Part shown: positions 1-7,932 of the stretch, in pieces | How the letters are laid out: every line of letters starts with the position of its first letter | Numbering within the stretch: the first letter of the stretch is position 1 | Assembly: GCA_041183865.1 (NCBI GenBank) | Contig: JBEGKW010000011.1 | Coordinates: forward strand, 6,900-70,899 | Length of the DNA: 64,000 bases | From: Actinomycetota bacterium | GTDB taxonomy: Bacteria; Actinomycetota; Actinomycetes; Actinomycetales; Microbacteriaceae | Direction of reading: 5' to 3' | Position numbers and translations under genes: made by a program | Notes under the pieces: generated by a model | Told to the model about the DNA's origin: nothing | Databases searched by the model: none | The model's input: the letters and a program-made list of their open reading frames with translations, nothing else

Positions 1-335
1 GACGCGGCGAGGGTGCCGATGCCCTTCTCGCGGATGCTCTGGCCGTTGCCGAAGCTGGGGCCTTTGCGGTTGTGTTAGAGCTGGTGCCAGCTGACCTAGC
101 AAAGCAGGTTACTCAAGACTGTGGAATACCTACCATTGGCATCGGAGCCGGTCCAGACACGGACGGTCAGATCTTGGTTTGGACCGACTTCGCGGGTCTC
201 TCTGATCACAAGCCGAAGAAATTCGTCAAACAATACGCCCAGCTGCGTGAAACCCTGGTTGCGGCTGCCGCCGAGTACCGTTCCGAAGTAGCCTCTGGCG
301 CCTTTCCAGGGATCGATCGATCTTTCGATAGCTAA
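1..335 (+). CDS. panB: 3-methyl-2-oxobutanoate hydroxymethyltransferase, 3' part (5' truncated by window)
   Basis: AGAFAVVLELVP...IPTIGIGAGPDTDGQILVWTD...KFVKQY...GAFP is the typical PanB C-terminus; the frame is open from position 3. Confidence 0.93.
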   Translation, partial: RGEGADALLADALAVAEAGAFAVVLELVPADLAKQVTQDCGIPTIGIGAGPDTDGQILVWTDFAGLSDHKPKKFVKQYAQLRETLVAAAAEYRSEVASGAFPGIDRSFDS

Positions 336-340
336 AGCGC

Positions 341-541
341 CTAGTTTGAAGAGTCGTCTTCAGCGGCCCAATCACTGCTTCTTTGATTCAAGAGTTTGAG
401 TGCTGCCTTAGCCTCGGCTTCGCTTTCGAACGGCCCAACTCGATACGATGCTGGGCTCTTGAGACCAACCTCGACCTTCAGAGTCCGTAGGTTGAACCAA
501 TACTGAGGTTTCTCATCCTTTTCGCTGTACACGCTAGCCAT
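341..541 (-). CDS. Small conserved actinobacterial protein (SPOR-like)
   Basis: 66-aa ORF with YWFNLRT...RVGPFESEAEA...W; TATGCT -10 lies 6 nt before the ATG. Confidence 0.7.
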   Translation of the reverse strand: MASVYSEKDEKPQYWFNLRTLKVEVGLKSPASYRVGPFESEAEAKAALKLLNQRSSDWAAEDDSSN

Positions 542-547
542 GTGACG

Positions 548-573
548 AGCATAACGCTCGGCCGATTTAGACT
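548..573. promoter_or_regulatory. Back-to-back leaderless -10 promoters (TATGCT on -, TAGACT on +)
   Basis: Each TAnnnT hexamer is exactly 6 nt before a start codon (541 on -, 580 on +); no SD sequence. Confidence 0.6.
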
Positions 574-579
574 AGAGAC

Positions 580-1449
580 ATGCCACGCGACCTTGCCACC
601 GGACATTTAGTCAAGGGACAACTGTCGCCAATGCGATTGGTTCCTCAGACCATCGTTCGCCCAGAATATGTTGGCAAATCTGCACCAGCCAAATTCACCG
701 GGTCTGATGTAAAGACCCCCGAGCAAGTTGCCAAAATTCGTGCTGCCGGCAAGATTGCCGCTCAAGCGATACAGCTAGTCGGCGAACACTGCAAGCCCGG
801 AGTCACTACCGACGAACTAGACAGAATCGGGCATGAGTTCGTCATTTCACAGGGAGCCTACCCTTCAACCCTTGGTTACCGCGGTTACCCAAAGTCTCTC
901 TGCAGTTCGCTGAATGAAGTCATCTGCCACGGCATCCCGGACGACACGGTTTTGCAAGACGGCGACATCATCAATATCGACATCACCGCCTTCAAGGATG
1001 GGTTCCACGGAGATAGCAACGTTACCTTCCTAGTCGGCGATGTCGACCCGGAGGTGAAGATTCTCGTCGAGCGCACTCACGAGGCCATGATGCGCGGCAT
1101 CAACGCAGCACTGCCAGGCCGATCGATCAATATCATCGGCCGAGCAATCGAGACCTATGCCAAGCGTTTCAACTACGGCGTTGTGCGTGACTTCACCGGT
1201 CACGGAGTCGGCGAGGCTTTCCACTCGGGCCTGGTAATCCCGCACTACGACTCAGCGCCTCACTACAACGAAGAGATCCAAGTCGGAATGGTTTTCACAA
1301 TCGAGCCGATGCTAACGCTTGGCACCCACGAGTGGGACATGTGGTCGGATGACTGGACTGTAGTCACCAAGGACCGCAGCATCACCGCGCAGTTTGAACA
1401 CACCATCGTCATTACTGAAGATGGTCCCGAAATCTTGACACTTCCATAA
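580..1449 (+). CDS. map: Type I methionine aminopeptidase
   Basis: [29 protein letters not shown] and AQFEHT motifs. Confidence 0.97.
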   Translation: MPRDLATGHLVKGQLSPMRLVPQTIVRPEYVGKSAPAKFTGSDVKTPEQVAKIRAAGKIAAQAIQLVGEHCKPGVTTDELDRIGHEFVISQGAYPSTLGYRGYPKSLCSSLNEVICHGIPDDTVLQDGDIINIDITAFKDGFHGDSNVTFLVGDVDPEVKILVERTHEAMMRGINAALPGRSINIIGRAIETYAKRFNYGVVRDFTGHGVGEAFHSGLVIPHYDSAPHYNEEIQVGMVFTIEPMLTLGTHEWDMWSDDWTVVTKDRSITAQFEHTIVITEDGPEILTLP

Positions 1450-1465
1450 TCAGAAAGAGTTACGC

Positions 1466-2227
1466 ATGGGCAAGAAGGCAATCGGAATCGACATCGGTGG
1501 CACCGGCATCAAGGGTGCCATCGTTGACGTCAAGAATGGCACCTTGGTCGGCGACCGCGTTCGCTATGAGACACCGGACGGCGGGCACCCTCAAGACATC
1601 GCGACCGTAGTTGCGACACTGGTCAGCGACCTGAAACCAGCTCGGGCGACTCTGCCAGTCGGCGTCTGCTTCCCAGCCGTCGTTCAACACGGCCGAACCA
1701 TGTCAGCGGCAAACGTATCTAAAGAATGGATTGGGCTAGATGCTGACGGCCTTTTCGAATCAACGCTACAGCGCCACGTCCACGTGCTAAACGACGCGGA
1801 TGCCGCCGGTGTGGCCGAGATGAAGTTTGGTGCTGGCAAGAAGCGCAAGGGACTGGTCATCATGACGACCCTGGGCACCGGTATTGGAACAGCATTGTTC
1901 ATGAATGGCGACCTCGTGCCTAATGCCGAGCTTGGTCACCTAGAAATTGATGGAGTCGACTACGAAACCAAGGCTGCCTATTCGGCCAAGGAACGTGAGA
2001 ACTTGAGTTTTGACGATTGGGCGATGCGGCTTCAAAAGTATTACTCGACCCTCGAGCGACTGTTTAGCCCTGACCTGATCATTGTCGGCGGCGGAATCAG
2101 CAAGCAGTGGGAAGAGTTCCTGCCGAAGCTAGATTTGCGCGCCGAGATCGTGCCTGCCCAAAAACGAAACAACGCCGGCATCCTTGGGGCTGCAGCCCTG
2201 GCTTGGAAGCACTCGGACGACGAATAA
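1466..2227 (+). CDS. ppgK: Polyphosphate glucokinase (ROK family)
   Basis: GIDIGGTGIKGA, NDADAAG, TLGTGIGTA, PNAELGHL, GGGISK and NNAGILGAA motifs. Confidence 0.92.
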   Translation: MGKKAIGIDIGGTGIKGAIVDVKNGTLVGDRVRYETPDGGHPQDIATVVATLVSDLKPARATLPVGVCFPAVVQHGRTMSAANVSKEWIGLDADGLFESTLQRHVHVLNDADAAGVAEMKFGAGKKRKGLVIMTTLGTGIGTALFMNGDLVPNAELGHLEIDGVDYETKAAYSAKERENLSFDDWAMRLQKYYSTLERLFSPDLIIVGGGISKQWEEFLPKLDLRAEIVPAQKRNNAGILGAAALAWKHSDDE

Positions 2228-2228
2228 G

Positions 2229-2578
2229 TGGATGGGTCGGCTGATACGCCGGGTTCTGTCCCTGTTGCCAGGTGACGGTCATCTATCTAGTGATGCCATT
2301 GCTGACACCCTCAAGCGGTCTACCCGAAGACTAGAGCGAGCAGCTCTACGCGCCTTCTATCTGACCTTGCTCCAAACGAGGTTTACATAGCCGAGGCGCT
2401 CACACACCCCGCTGGTGGTCTCTTACACCACCGTTTCACCCTTACCGCTTTCGCGGCGGTTTACTTTCTGTTGCACTGTCTCGCAGGTTGCCCTGAGTGG
2501 CTGTTAGCCACCGTCTTGCTCTATGGAGCCCGGACGTTCCTCGTCATTTCTGCCGCGACCGTCTTGCCGACCCATCCG
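2229..2578 (-). ncRNA. rnpB: RNase P RNA (type A)
   Basis: Minus strand has GAGGAACGTCCGGGCTCC near the 5' end and ACAGAACCCGGCGTA near the 3' end; P1 is formed by GGATGGGTCGGC / GCCGACCCATCC; TAGTCT -10 just upstream. Confidence 0.95.
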
Positions 2579-2593
2579 AGTCAAGACTACTTG

Positions 2594-3751
2594 CTAAAGG
2601 TGAGAAGTGGCATTTAGGGCAATCACTTCGGCCGCCTCATCGCCCCAGAAACGAATGATTGAGATCGAGCATGGAGAAATCTGCGGACGCCAATACCCGG
2701 CTATTCCGGCATCCATACCAGCTCGAATAAAACCGCGAATCGGCATAACATGCGAAACAATGGCCACGGTTTGGCCAGCGAATTCGCTAAGGATTCCCAG
2801 GCGACCTCGCTGTACGCGAGCGTCGAATACTTGGAGTGACTCACCGTTTGGTGGTGATACATCCCAAGAACCCTGCCATTCGGCAAATAGCTCGGGCCAC
2901 TTAGAGATCACTTCGCTGTTGGTGTGCCCATCCCAGTCACCAAAAGAAATCTCGGCTATGTCTTCATTTACGGCAACACCTAATCCCAGCTCATTGGCCA
3001 GGATGTGTGCGGTGTCTAGGGTCCGTTGAATCGGTGACGAAACGATCGCTGACACTGGTTGTAGATGTGACCAAGGACCGGAGTTTCCGATTTCGGAAAC
3101 CGCTTTGGCTACCTTGTGTGCATCGCCACGTCCGAGCTCCGAAAGCCCCGGGTTCTCTCCCCCGCTGCCCGAAATGCGCTTGCTCTCAGTCAGATGAGTG
3201 CGGCCGTGACGCACGAGAATCACGGTGGTGAGTGGTGCTGATACGTTTCCTGGGGCACGAACCGAGCTCGGGAGGGTCTGATTGAACTCGACCACGGGCG
3301 ATCTTGGACTATCGGCGAGCTTCGAGACCTGAGCGTCGCCCTGCTCATCCATGGCTTTGTTGGCTAATGCGTCTGCTCGAGAGTTCTCTTCACGGGGAAT
3401 CCACTGCCAGCGGACCTGTTTGCCGGCAACCAGCGACTGCACCTTCGCCCCGAGCTGCTGCATGTCTGGATGTTTGATCTTCCAGCGACCAGCCATTTGC
3501 TCAATAACAAGCTTGCTGTCCATGCGAACGAGAATGCGCGCTTGAGGGTTCAGTTGGTAAGCACCCTCTAGACCAGACACCAGAGCGATGTACTCGGCTA
3601 CGTTGTTGGTGGCAATCCCAATGAACTTAGAGATCTCAAGGATGACTTCGCCACTATCGGCGTCAATGATGCAAGCTCCTGAGCCGGCGAGGCCAGGATT
3701 ACCGCGTGAGCCGCCGTCGGCCTCGATGATTAGGTTTTGTGGAACCTTCAT
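2594..3751 (-). CDS. Bifunctional RNase HI / histidine phosphatase (CobC-like; Rv2228c-type)
   Basis: EADGGSRGNPG, ATNNVAEY, MDSKLV and NSRADALAN (RNase H) plus RHG and SHV phosphatase motifs; start taken at the ATGA overlap with the upstream gene. Confidence 0.92.
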   Translation of the reverse strand: MKVPQNLIIEADGGSRGNPGLAGSGACIIDADSGEVILEISKFIGIATNNVAEYIALVSGLEGAYQLNPQARILVRMDSKLVIEQMAGRWKIKHPDMQQLGAKVQSLVAGKQVRWQWIPREENSRADALANKAMDEQGDAQVSKLADSPRSPVVEFNQTLPSSVRAPGNVSAPLTTVILVRHGRTHLTESKRISGSGGENPGLSELGRGDAHKVAKAVSEIGNSGPWSHLQPVSAIVSSPIQRTLDTAHILANELGLGVAVNEDIAEISFGDWDGHTNSEVISKWPELFAEWQGSWDVSPPNGESLQVFDARVQRGRLGILSEFAGQTVAIVSHVMPIRGFIRAGMDAGIAGYWRPQISPCSISIIRFWGDEAAEVIALNATSHL

Positions 3752-4461
3752 CGAATCAAAATCGCCTGACACTCAGGGCAGGTGGCGATGTCATCTTGAG
3801 CAAGTGCCTGAAGTTCGTTGAAAGCGGTAGCTCCCAGGCTAATGCGACAAGCGCCACACTCTCGACCGTTCAGTGCGGCGACCGGTACGCCTCGGGCCGC
3901 TTTCTTCTCGTAAAGTTCCAGCAATTCAGGCGCGATTCGGCTTGCTTGTTGAGCTCGGTCATTGGCCAGTAGATCTAGACCTGAGCGGAGCTTCAAGAGC
4001 TCTGACTCATCCTTGGTCTCGGCCGCACTGAGTTCCTCATCGACGCTTGCCTTGTCACTGCTTACGGTGTCGTATGCCGCCTTTGCCTGCTCCTGCTGTT
4101 CGAGAATAGCGAGCTCGATGTCTTCAAGGTCAGACTTGCGACGGGCCAGCGATTCGAGTTCACTCTGGATGCCTTGGGCATCCTTTGAGTTGTTCGTTGA
4201 GTTGAGGCGTTGCTCGTCCTTGGCAATGCGCTGTTCGACCAGTTCAAGGTCGGTCTCGGAACGCTTAAGTTCTAGGTTGACCGAATCCAATGCATTTCGA
4301 GCGGCGATGAGCTTTGCTGCCAGGTCGCGCTGAATCTCGCGTAGAGCCGAAAACTGTGCACCGGAGGCGAGGTTTTTGATGGCAGCCTTTGAACGCGTTA
4401 TCTGGAGGTCTAGATTTGCCAAGCTGAGCAGATCTGCCTGCTGTGACGCCGTTGCTTTCAT
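3748..4461 (-). CDS. Coiled-coil protein with C-terminal C4 zinc ribbon (Rv2229c-type)
   Basis: Long heptad region followed by CGAC...CPECQAIL; usual position between Nif3 and RNase H. Confidence 0.88.
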   Translation of the reverse strand: MKATASQQADLLSLANLDLQITRSKAAIKNLASGAQFSALREIQRDLAAKLIAARNALDSVNLELKRSETDLELVEQRIAKDEQRLNSTNNSKDAQGIQSELESLARRKSDLEDIELAILEQQEQAKAAYDTVSSDKASVDEELSAAETKDESELLKLRSGLDLLANDRAQQASRIAPELLELYEKKAARGVPVAALNGRECGACRISLGATAFNELQALAQDDIATCPECQAILIR

Positions 4462-4487
4462 GTGCTGCCTTCTTTAGTTAGCTGGTG

Positions 4488-5306
4488 TTACTGAGTTACT
4501 GAAAAATCCCAAGGGTCGGTGCGAAGCTCGCTCACGACAACTTGAATAGAAGCAAATCTACCGTGGATGTCGTCCGCTGCCCATTCGAGCCAAAGCCATT
4601 CAGCGGCCCAATGTGAAATGTCGATCAGGGCAAACTTGCGACCATCGGCCTTAGCTCGTTCTAGAGCCTCTTGAACCGGGTGATGTCTTAGGTCTGATGT
4701 GACGTAAACATCGACGCCCGCTGCGTATGCCGCGTCGATGAAAGAATCGCCGGCTCCGCCGCAAAGCGCAACGGAATTCACCATGGAATCGAACTCTCCG
4801 GCAACGCGAACTCCGCTAGCGGTCGGTGGAATCACTCTCGCGATGTGCTTGGCAAGCTCGCCAAGTGAGGCAGTTGAAGTCAAATCTCCGATTCGCCCGT
4901 GGCCCTGAGATGCTGCTGTTTCGATCAGAGGTCGTGAATTTATAAGAGAGAACGCATCCGCGAGTGCAGCGGAGACGCCACGCGAAACGATATCAGCGTT
5001 TGTGTGCGCCGCATATATAGCGACGCCGGCCCGAATGGCTTTGGCCAAAATCGAACCCTTTGCGGTTGACTCGGCAACCGTCTTCACTCCCCTGAGTAAT
5101 AGCGGGTGATGCGCCACGATGAGATCAAAGCTGCCGTCGATTGCTTCCTGAACAACTTCGTCAGTAACGTCCACGGTAAACAAAACTCGCGACACGCGAC
5201 TGCCCGTCGAACCACAAATTAGTCCAGGAGCATCCCACTCTTCGGCTCCCGAAATTGGCCATAGTTCTTCAAAGACAGAGATCAAGTCACCGAGTAGAGC
5301 AGCCAT
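4488..5306 (-). CDS. Nif3-like dinuclear metal center protein
   Basis: WDAPGL, HHPLL, HTNAD, TSDLRHH and HWAAE motifs. Confidence 0.93.
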   Translation of the reverse strand: MAALLGDLISVFEELWPISGAEEWDAPGLICGSTGSRVSRVLFTVDVTDEVVQEAIDGSFDLIVAHHPLLLRGVKTVAESTAKGSILAKAIRAGVAIYAAHTNADIVSRGVSAALADAFSLINSRPLIETAASQGHGRIGDLTSTASLGELAKHIARVIPPTASGVRVAGEFDSMVNSVALCGGAGDSFIDAAYAAGVDVYVTSDLRHHPVQEALERAKADGRKFALIDISHWAAEWLWLEWAADDIHGRFASIQVVVSELRTDPWDFSVTQ

Positions 5307-7159
5307 TAGTCAACCAATCCGAGAACGTCTTTGAGGTCGTTGCGTCTCGCTTCAATCTGCAACACCTCAGCTTCTTGTTTTTTAATGCGCGGGATTCCTC
5401 CAGCTACCGGCAGAAGCAAACCAACGGCGAACGCAATTACGATGCCAAAGTTGCTTACTGCCCAGAAAATTGAGTTTGAGGCGAAACCCGACAAGTAGCC
5501 CAACCATTGAAGTTCGAATAGATTGCTCTTGATCAGACCCCAACCAAAGAAAACCGCCGCGATCCAACCCAGCAAGTTGGTCAGATTCACCGACTTGTAG
5601 AAGCCATAGCCCCTGCTCAACGACACCTCGTGATAGGCGATACGCCTGATGAGCACGTCGCTAACGAAAATACCTGACCAAGCCGCGACTGGAACTCCAA
5701 GGAAGAGCGCGTATTCGTGAAGGTTTAGCCAGAAACCTGCGGATCCAAGCTGAGCCAAACCGAAAATGGCTAGCAAGATGGCAAGGCCAGCGATTACAGG
5801 AGACGCAACGGCCGGGTTGAGCTTGAGTTGAACCGATTCAAAGCTCATGCTCGACGAGCGAAGCGACATAGCCAAGACTGTTAGCAAGGTGCAGAACAAC
5901 GAGACCTGAACCACGATCGTCAATAGCCCAAAATCGCTGCCCGCGACAACGGCGCTAAAAGAGCCCGCAAAGTCAGAATCAGTTAGGTCACCGAAGGCGA
6001 TCAACGCCATCCAAGTGAGTGCAATAGGTACGATGCCCATTGCGAGAATTGCCCAACCGGCAAGTTTCAAACCTCTGGATCGCACCGGTAATCCACTGGC
6101 ATAATCAGCCGAAGCGGATGACCAGGCGAGGCCAAATACGGCGAAGATCACGACCGAGGCTCCTAGGGCTCGCAGCCAAGAACCTTCCTGTGTTGAGGTA
6201 GTGGCGACACCATTTGCTCCCAGCCTGAAAAGCACAACGCAAATCGCCGCTAGCACGCCGAGGATGCCACTTATACGTTGCGCCCACATAAGGCGACGTC
6301 CACCAAAGGCAGCCAAAATTACGGATGCGACGACCACACATACAAGGATGCCGATCGCAATTGGTGACACCGGTACGGCAGCAGCCAAAACCCCTGAAGT
6401 GGAAGTCAGGCTTTGTGCCACCAGCAGGTAGCCCAGAATGACCAGCACCAGTGCCCAAAAGAGTCGGCTGACAACGAGGATGAAGGCGGGTGCGAGGTTG
6501 CCATAGACACCAAAGGCCGCTCTTGAAAGCACCAGAGTTGGCAAAGATGAGCGTTTTCCAGCAATCGCACCAACGGCCACGATGCCGGCCGAGGTCAACA
6601 TTCCGAGAGTGGCCGCGGTTAGGGATTGAACAAAGGTCAGGCCAAGGCTGCGTAGCCAGAGAGCAATACCTAGAGGAAGTAACGAACCCGAGATCGTCAA
6701 CCAGACCCAGAATTGGCTCGATGATGGGTCCCTAGCATCTCGCTTGGTCTGAACGACTACCTCGATCTCGGGAATCTGGGCTACGGGAAATTCGACCTCT
6801 GCAAACGCGGTTTCGGGAACTTCAACTTCTGGAAATTGAAAAACGGGTGCTTGCACTTCAGGGGATTTCGCGAGCTCGTCGAGAACCGTGGCTTCCTCTT
6901 CTTCGGAGGCCAGTACAACGGGTTCGGAGATTACAACATCGGGTGAGAATGACGGCTCGGCGGATAGATCGGAGTGCTGCGCTCTGTGGATCTCCCAGGC
7001 GCGAAGTTCAGATTTGTCGGTCTCGCGAAGTTGTGCCTGTGCTTCAAGAATTTGCATGGCCGCGAGCACGCCGCCACCTTCGGCCTTGGCTTTTTCTAGA
7101 ACCTCTTGTAGCTCTTCATCGCTAAGAGCGCGTGGCACGGGAGGTTGATCAAAATCCAT
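5306..7159 (-). CDS. Divergent purine/cytosine permease-like (NCS1) membrane protein with a long acidic N-terminal extension
   Basis: About 12 hydrophobic segments; GKRSSLPTLVLSRAAFGVYGN and ADYA motifs; about 145-aa Glu/Pro-rich soluble N-terminus. Confidence 0.7.
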   Translation of the reverse strand: MDFDQPPVPRALSDEELQEVLEKAKAEGGGVLAAMQILEAQAQLRETDKSELRAWEIHRAQHSDLSAEPSFSPDVVISEPVVLASEEEEATVLDELAKSPEVQAPVFQFPEVEVPETAFAEVEFPVAQIPEIEVVVQTKRDARDPSSSQFWVWLTISGSLLPLGIALWLRSLGLTFVQSLTAATLGMLTSAGIVAVGAIAGKRSSLPTLVLSRAAFGVYGNLAPAFILVVSRLFWALVLVILGYLLVAQSLTSTSGVLAAAVPVSPIAIGILVCVVVASVILAAFGGRRLMWAQRISGILGVLAAICVVLFRLGANGVATTSTQEGSWLRALGASVVIFAVFGLAWSSASADYASGLPVRSRGLKLAGWAILAMGIVPIALTWMALIAFGDLTDSDFAGSFSAVVAGSDFGLLTIVVQVSLFCTLLTVLAMSLRSSSMSFESVQLKLNPAVASPVIAGLAILLAIFGLAQLGSAGFWLNLHEYALFLGVPVAAWSGIFVSDVLIRRIAYHEVSLSRGYGFYKSVNLTNLLGWIAAVFFGWGLIKSNLFELQWLGYLSGFASNSIFWAVSNFGIVIAFAVGLLLPVAGGIPRIKKQEAEVLQIEARRNDLKDVLGLVD

Positions 7160-7170
7160 AACTAAATAGT

Positions 7171-7200
7171 AATGCCGGGGTGCTTACGCACCCCGGCATT
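7171..7200 (-). terminator. Hairpin downstream of tRNA-Val (probable intrinsic terminator)
   Basis: Perfect 13-bp inverted repeat AATGCCGGGGTGC-GTAA-GCACCCCGGCATT on the minus strand. Confidence 0.7.
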
Positions 7201-7209
7201 TACCGTTTG

Positions 7210-7282
7210 TGGGCCCTACCGGGATCGAACCGATGACATCCACGGTGTAAGCGTGGCGCTCTACCAGCTGAGCTAAAGGCCC
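7210..7282 (-). tRNA. tRNA-Val(TAC)
   Basis: GGGCCTTTAGCTCAGCTGGTAGAGCG-CCACG-CTTACAC-CGTGG...GGTTCGATCCC...GGGCCCA; CCA not encoded. Confidence 0.96.
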
Positions 7283-7328
7283 CTCTTTCGAGGGCTGAAC
7301 ATTTCGGTCGGTTTTGGCTAATCGAAGA

Positions 7329-7787
7329 CTAGAGACTCGCTAGAGCACGGTCATACTCGTCAAGGCTGCGTGCCTGTCCAGGTGCGGTAACGAATTTGGC
7401 CACTAGCTCGCCTGCCTTGTTGACAACGAAGGTGGCCCGGTTAGCGAAGCCGGCATCTTCGATGAAGACTCCGTAAGCCTTTGCGACTGCGCCGTGAGGC
7501 CAGAAGTCGGCAAGCACCGAGAACTTGTAGCCCTCGTGCTCGGCGAACTGTTTCTGAACGAACTTCGAGTCGACCGAAATCGCTAGTAGTTCGACGTCTT
7601 CCTTTTCAAACTTGGCGAAGTTGTCGCGAATTTCACACAGCTCACCGGTGCAGATTCCAGAAAAAGAAAGCGGATAGAACACTACAACCACTGGCTTCTT
7701 GCCTCTGAAGTCGCTGAGCTTTAGAGTCTCGCCGTACTGGTTAACTAGCTCGAAGTCTGGTGCGTGATCGCCGATAATGAGGCTCAT
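7329..7787 (-). CDS. ahpE: Peroxiredoxin, AhpE type
   Basis: APDFEL, FYPLSFSGICTGELC, LADFWPHGAVAKAYG and RATFVV motifs. Confidence 0.88.
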   Translation of the reverse strand: MSLIIGDHAPDFELVNQYGETLKLSDFRGKKPVVVVFYPLSFSGICTGELCEIRDNFAKFEKEDVELLAISVDSKFVQKQFAEHEGYKFSVLADFWPHGAVAKAYGVFIEDAGFANRATFVVNKAGELVAKFVTAPGQARSLDEYDRALASL

Positions 7788-7932
7788 GGTTTGTCCGTTC
7801 TACAAAAAATGGTTTGAGTCTTTTCAATTTTGAACTAGTAAAACAGCAAAATGCTTCCGCATGTCGGCATAAACTCTTTAGAGGCTTTACCAAAGCTTTT
7901 CGTTAATCTTTGTCCATCCCCCACGAAAGAGG

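Noticed and set aside
2184-2390. 68-aa ORF after ppgK
   Set aside because: It is antisense to the RNase P RNA gene; no independent coding evidence
7281-7294. CCCTC-GAAA-GAGGG hairpin overlapping the 5' end of tRNA-Val (similar short stem before tRNA-Ile2)
   Set aside because: Short stems are expected by chance at this GC content; no support for a regulatory role
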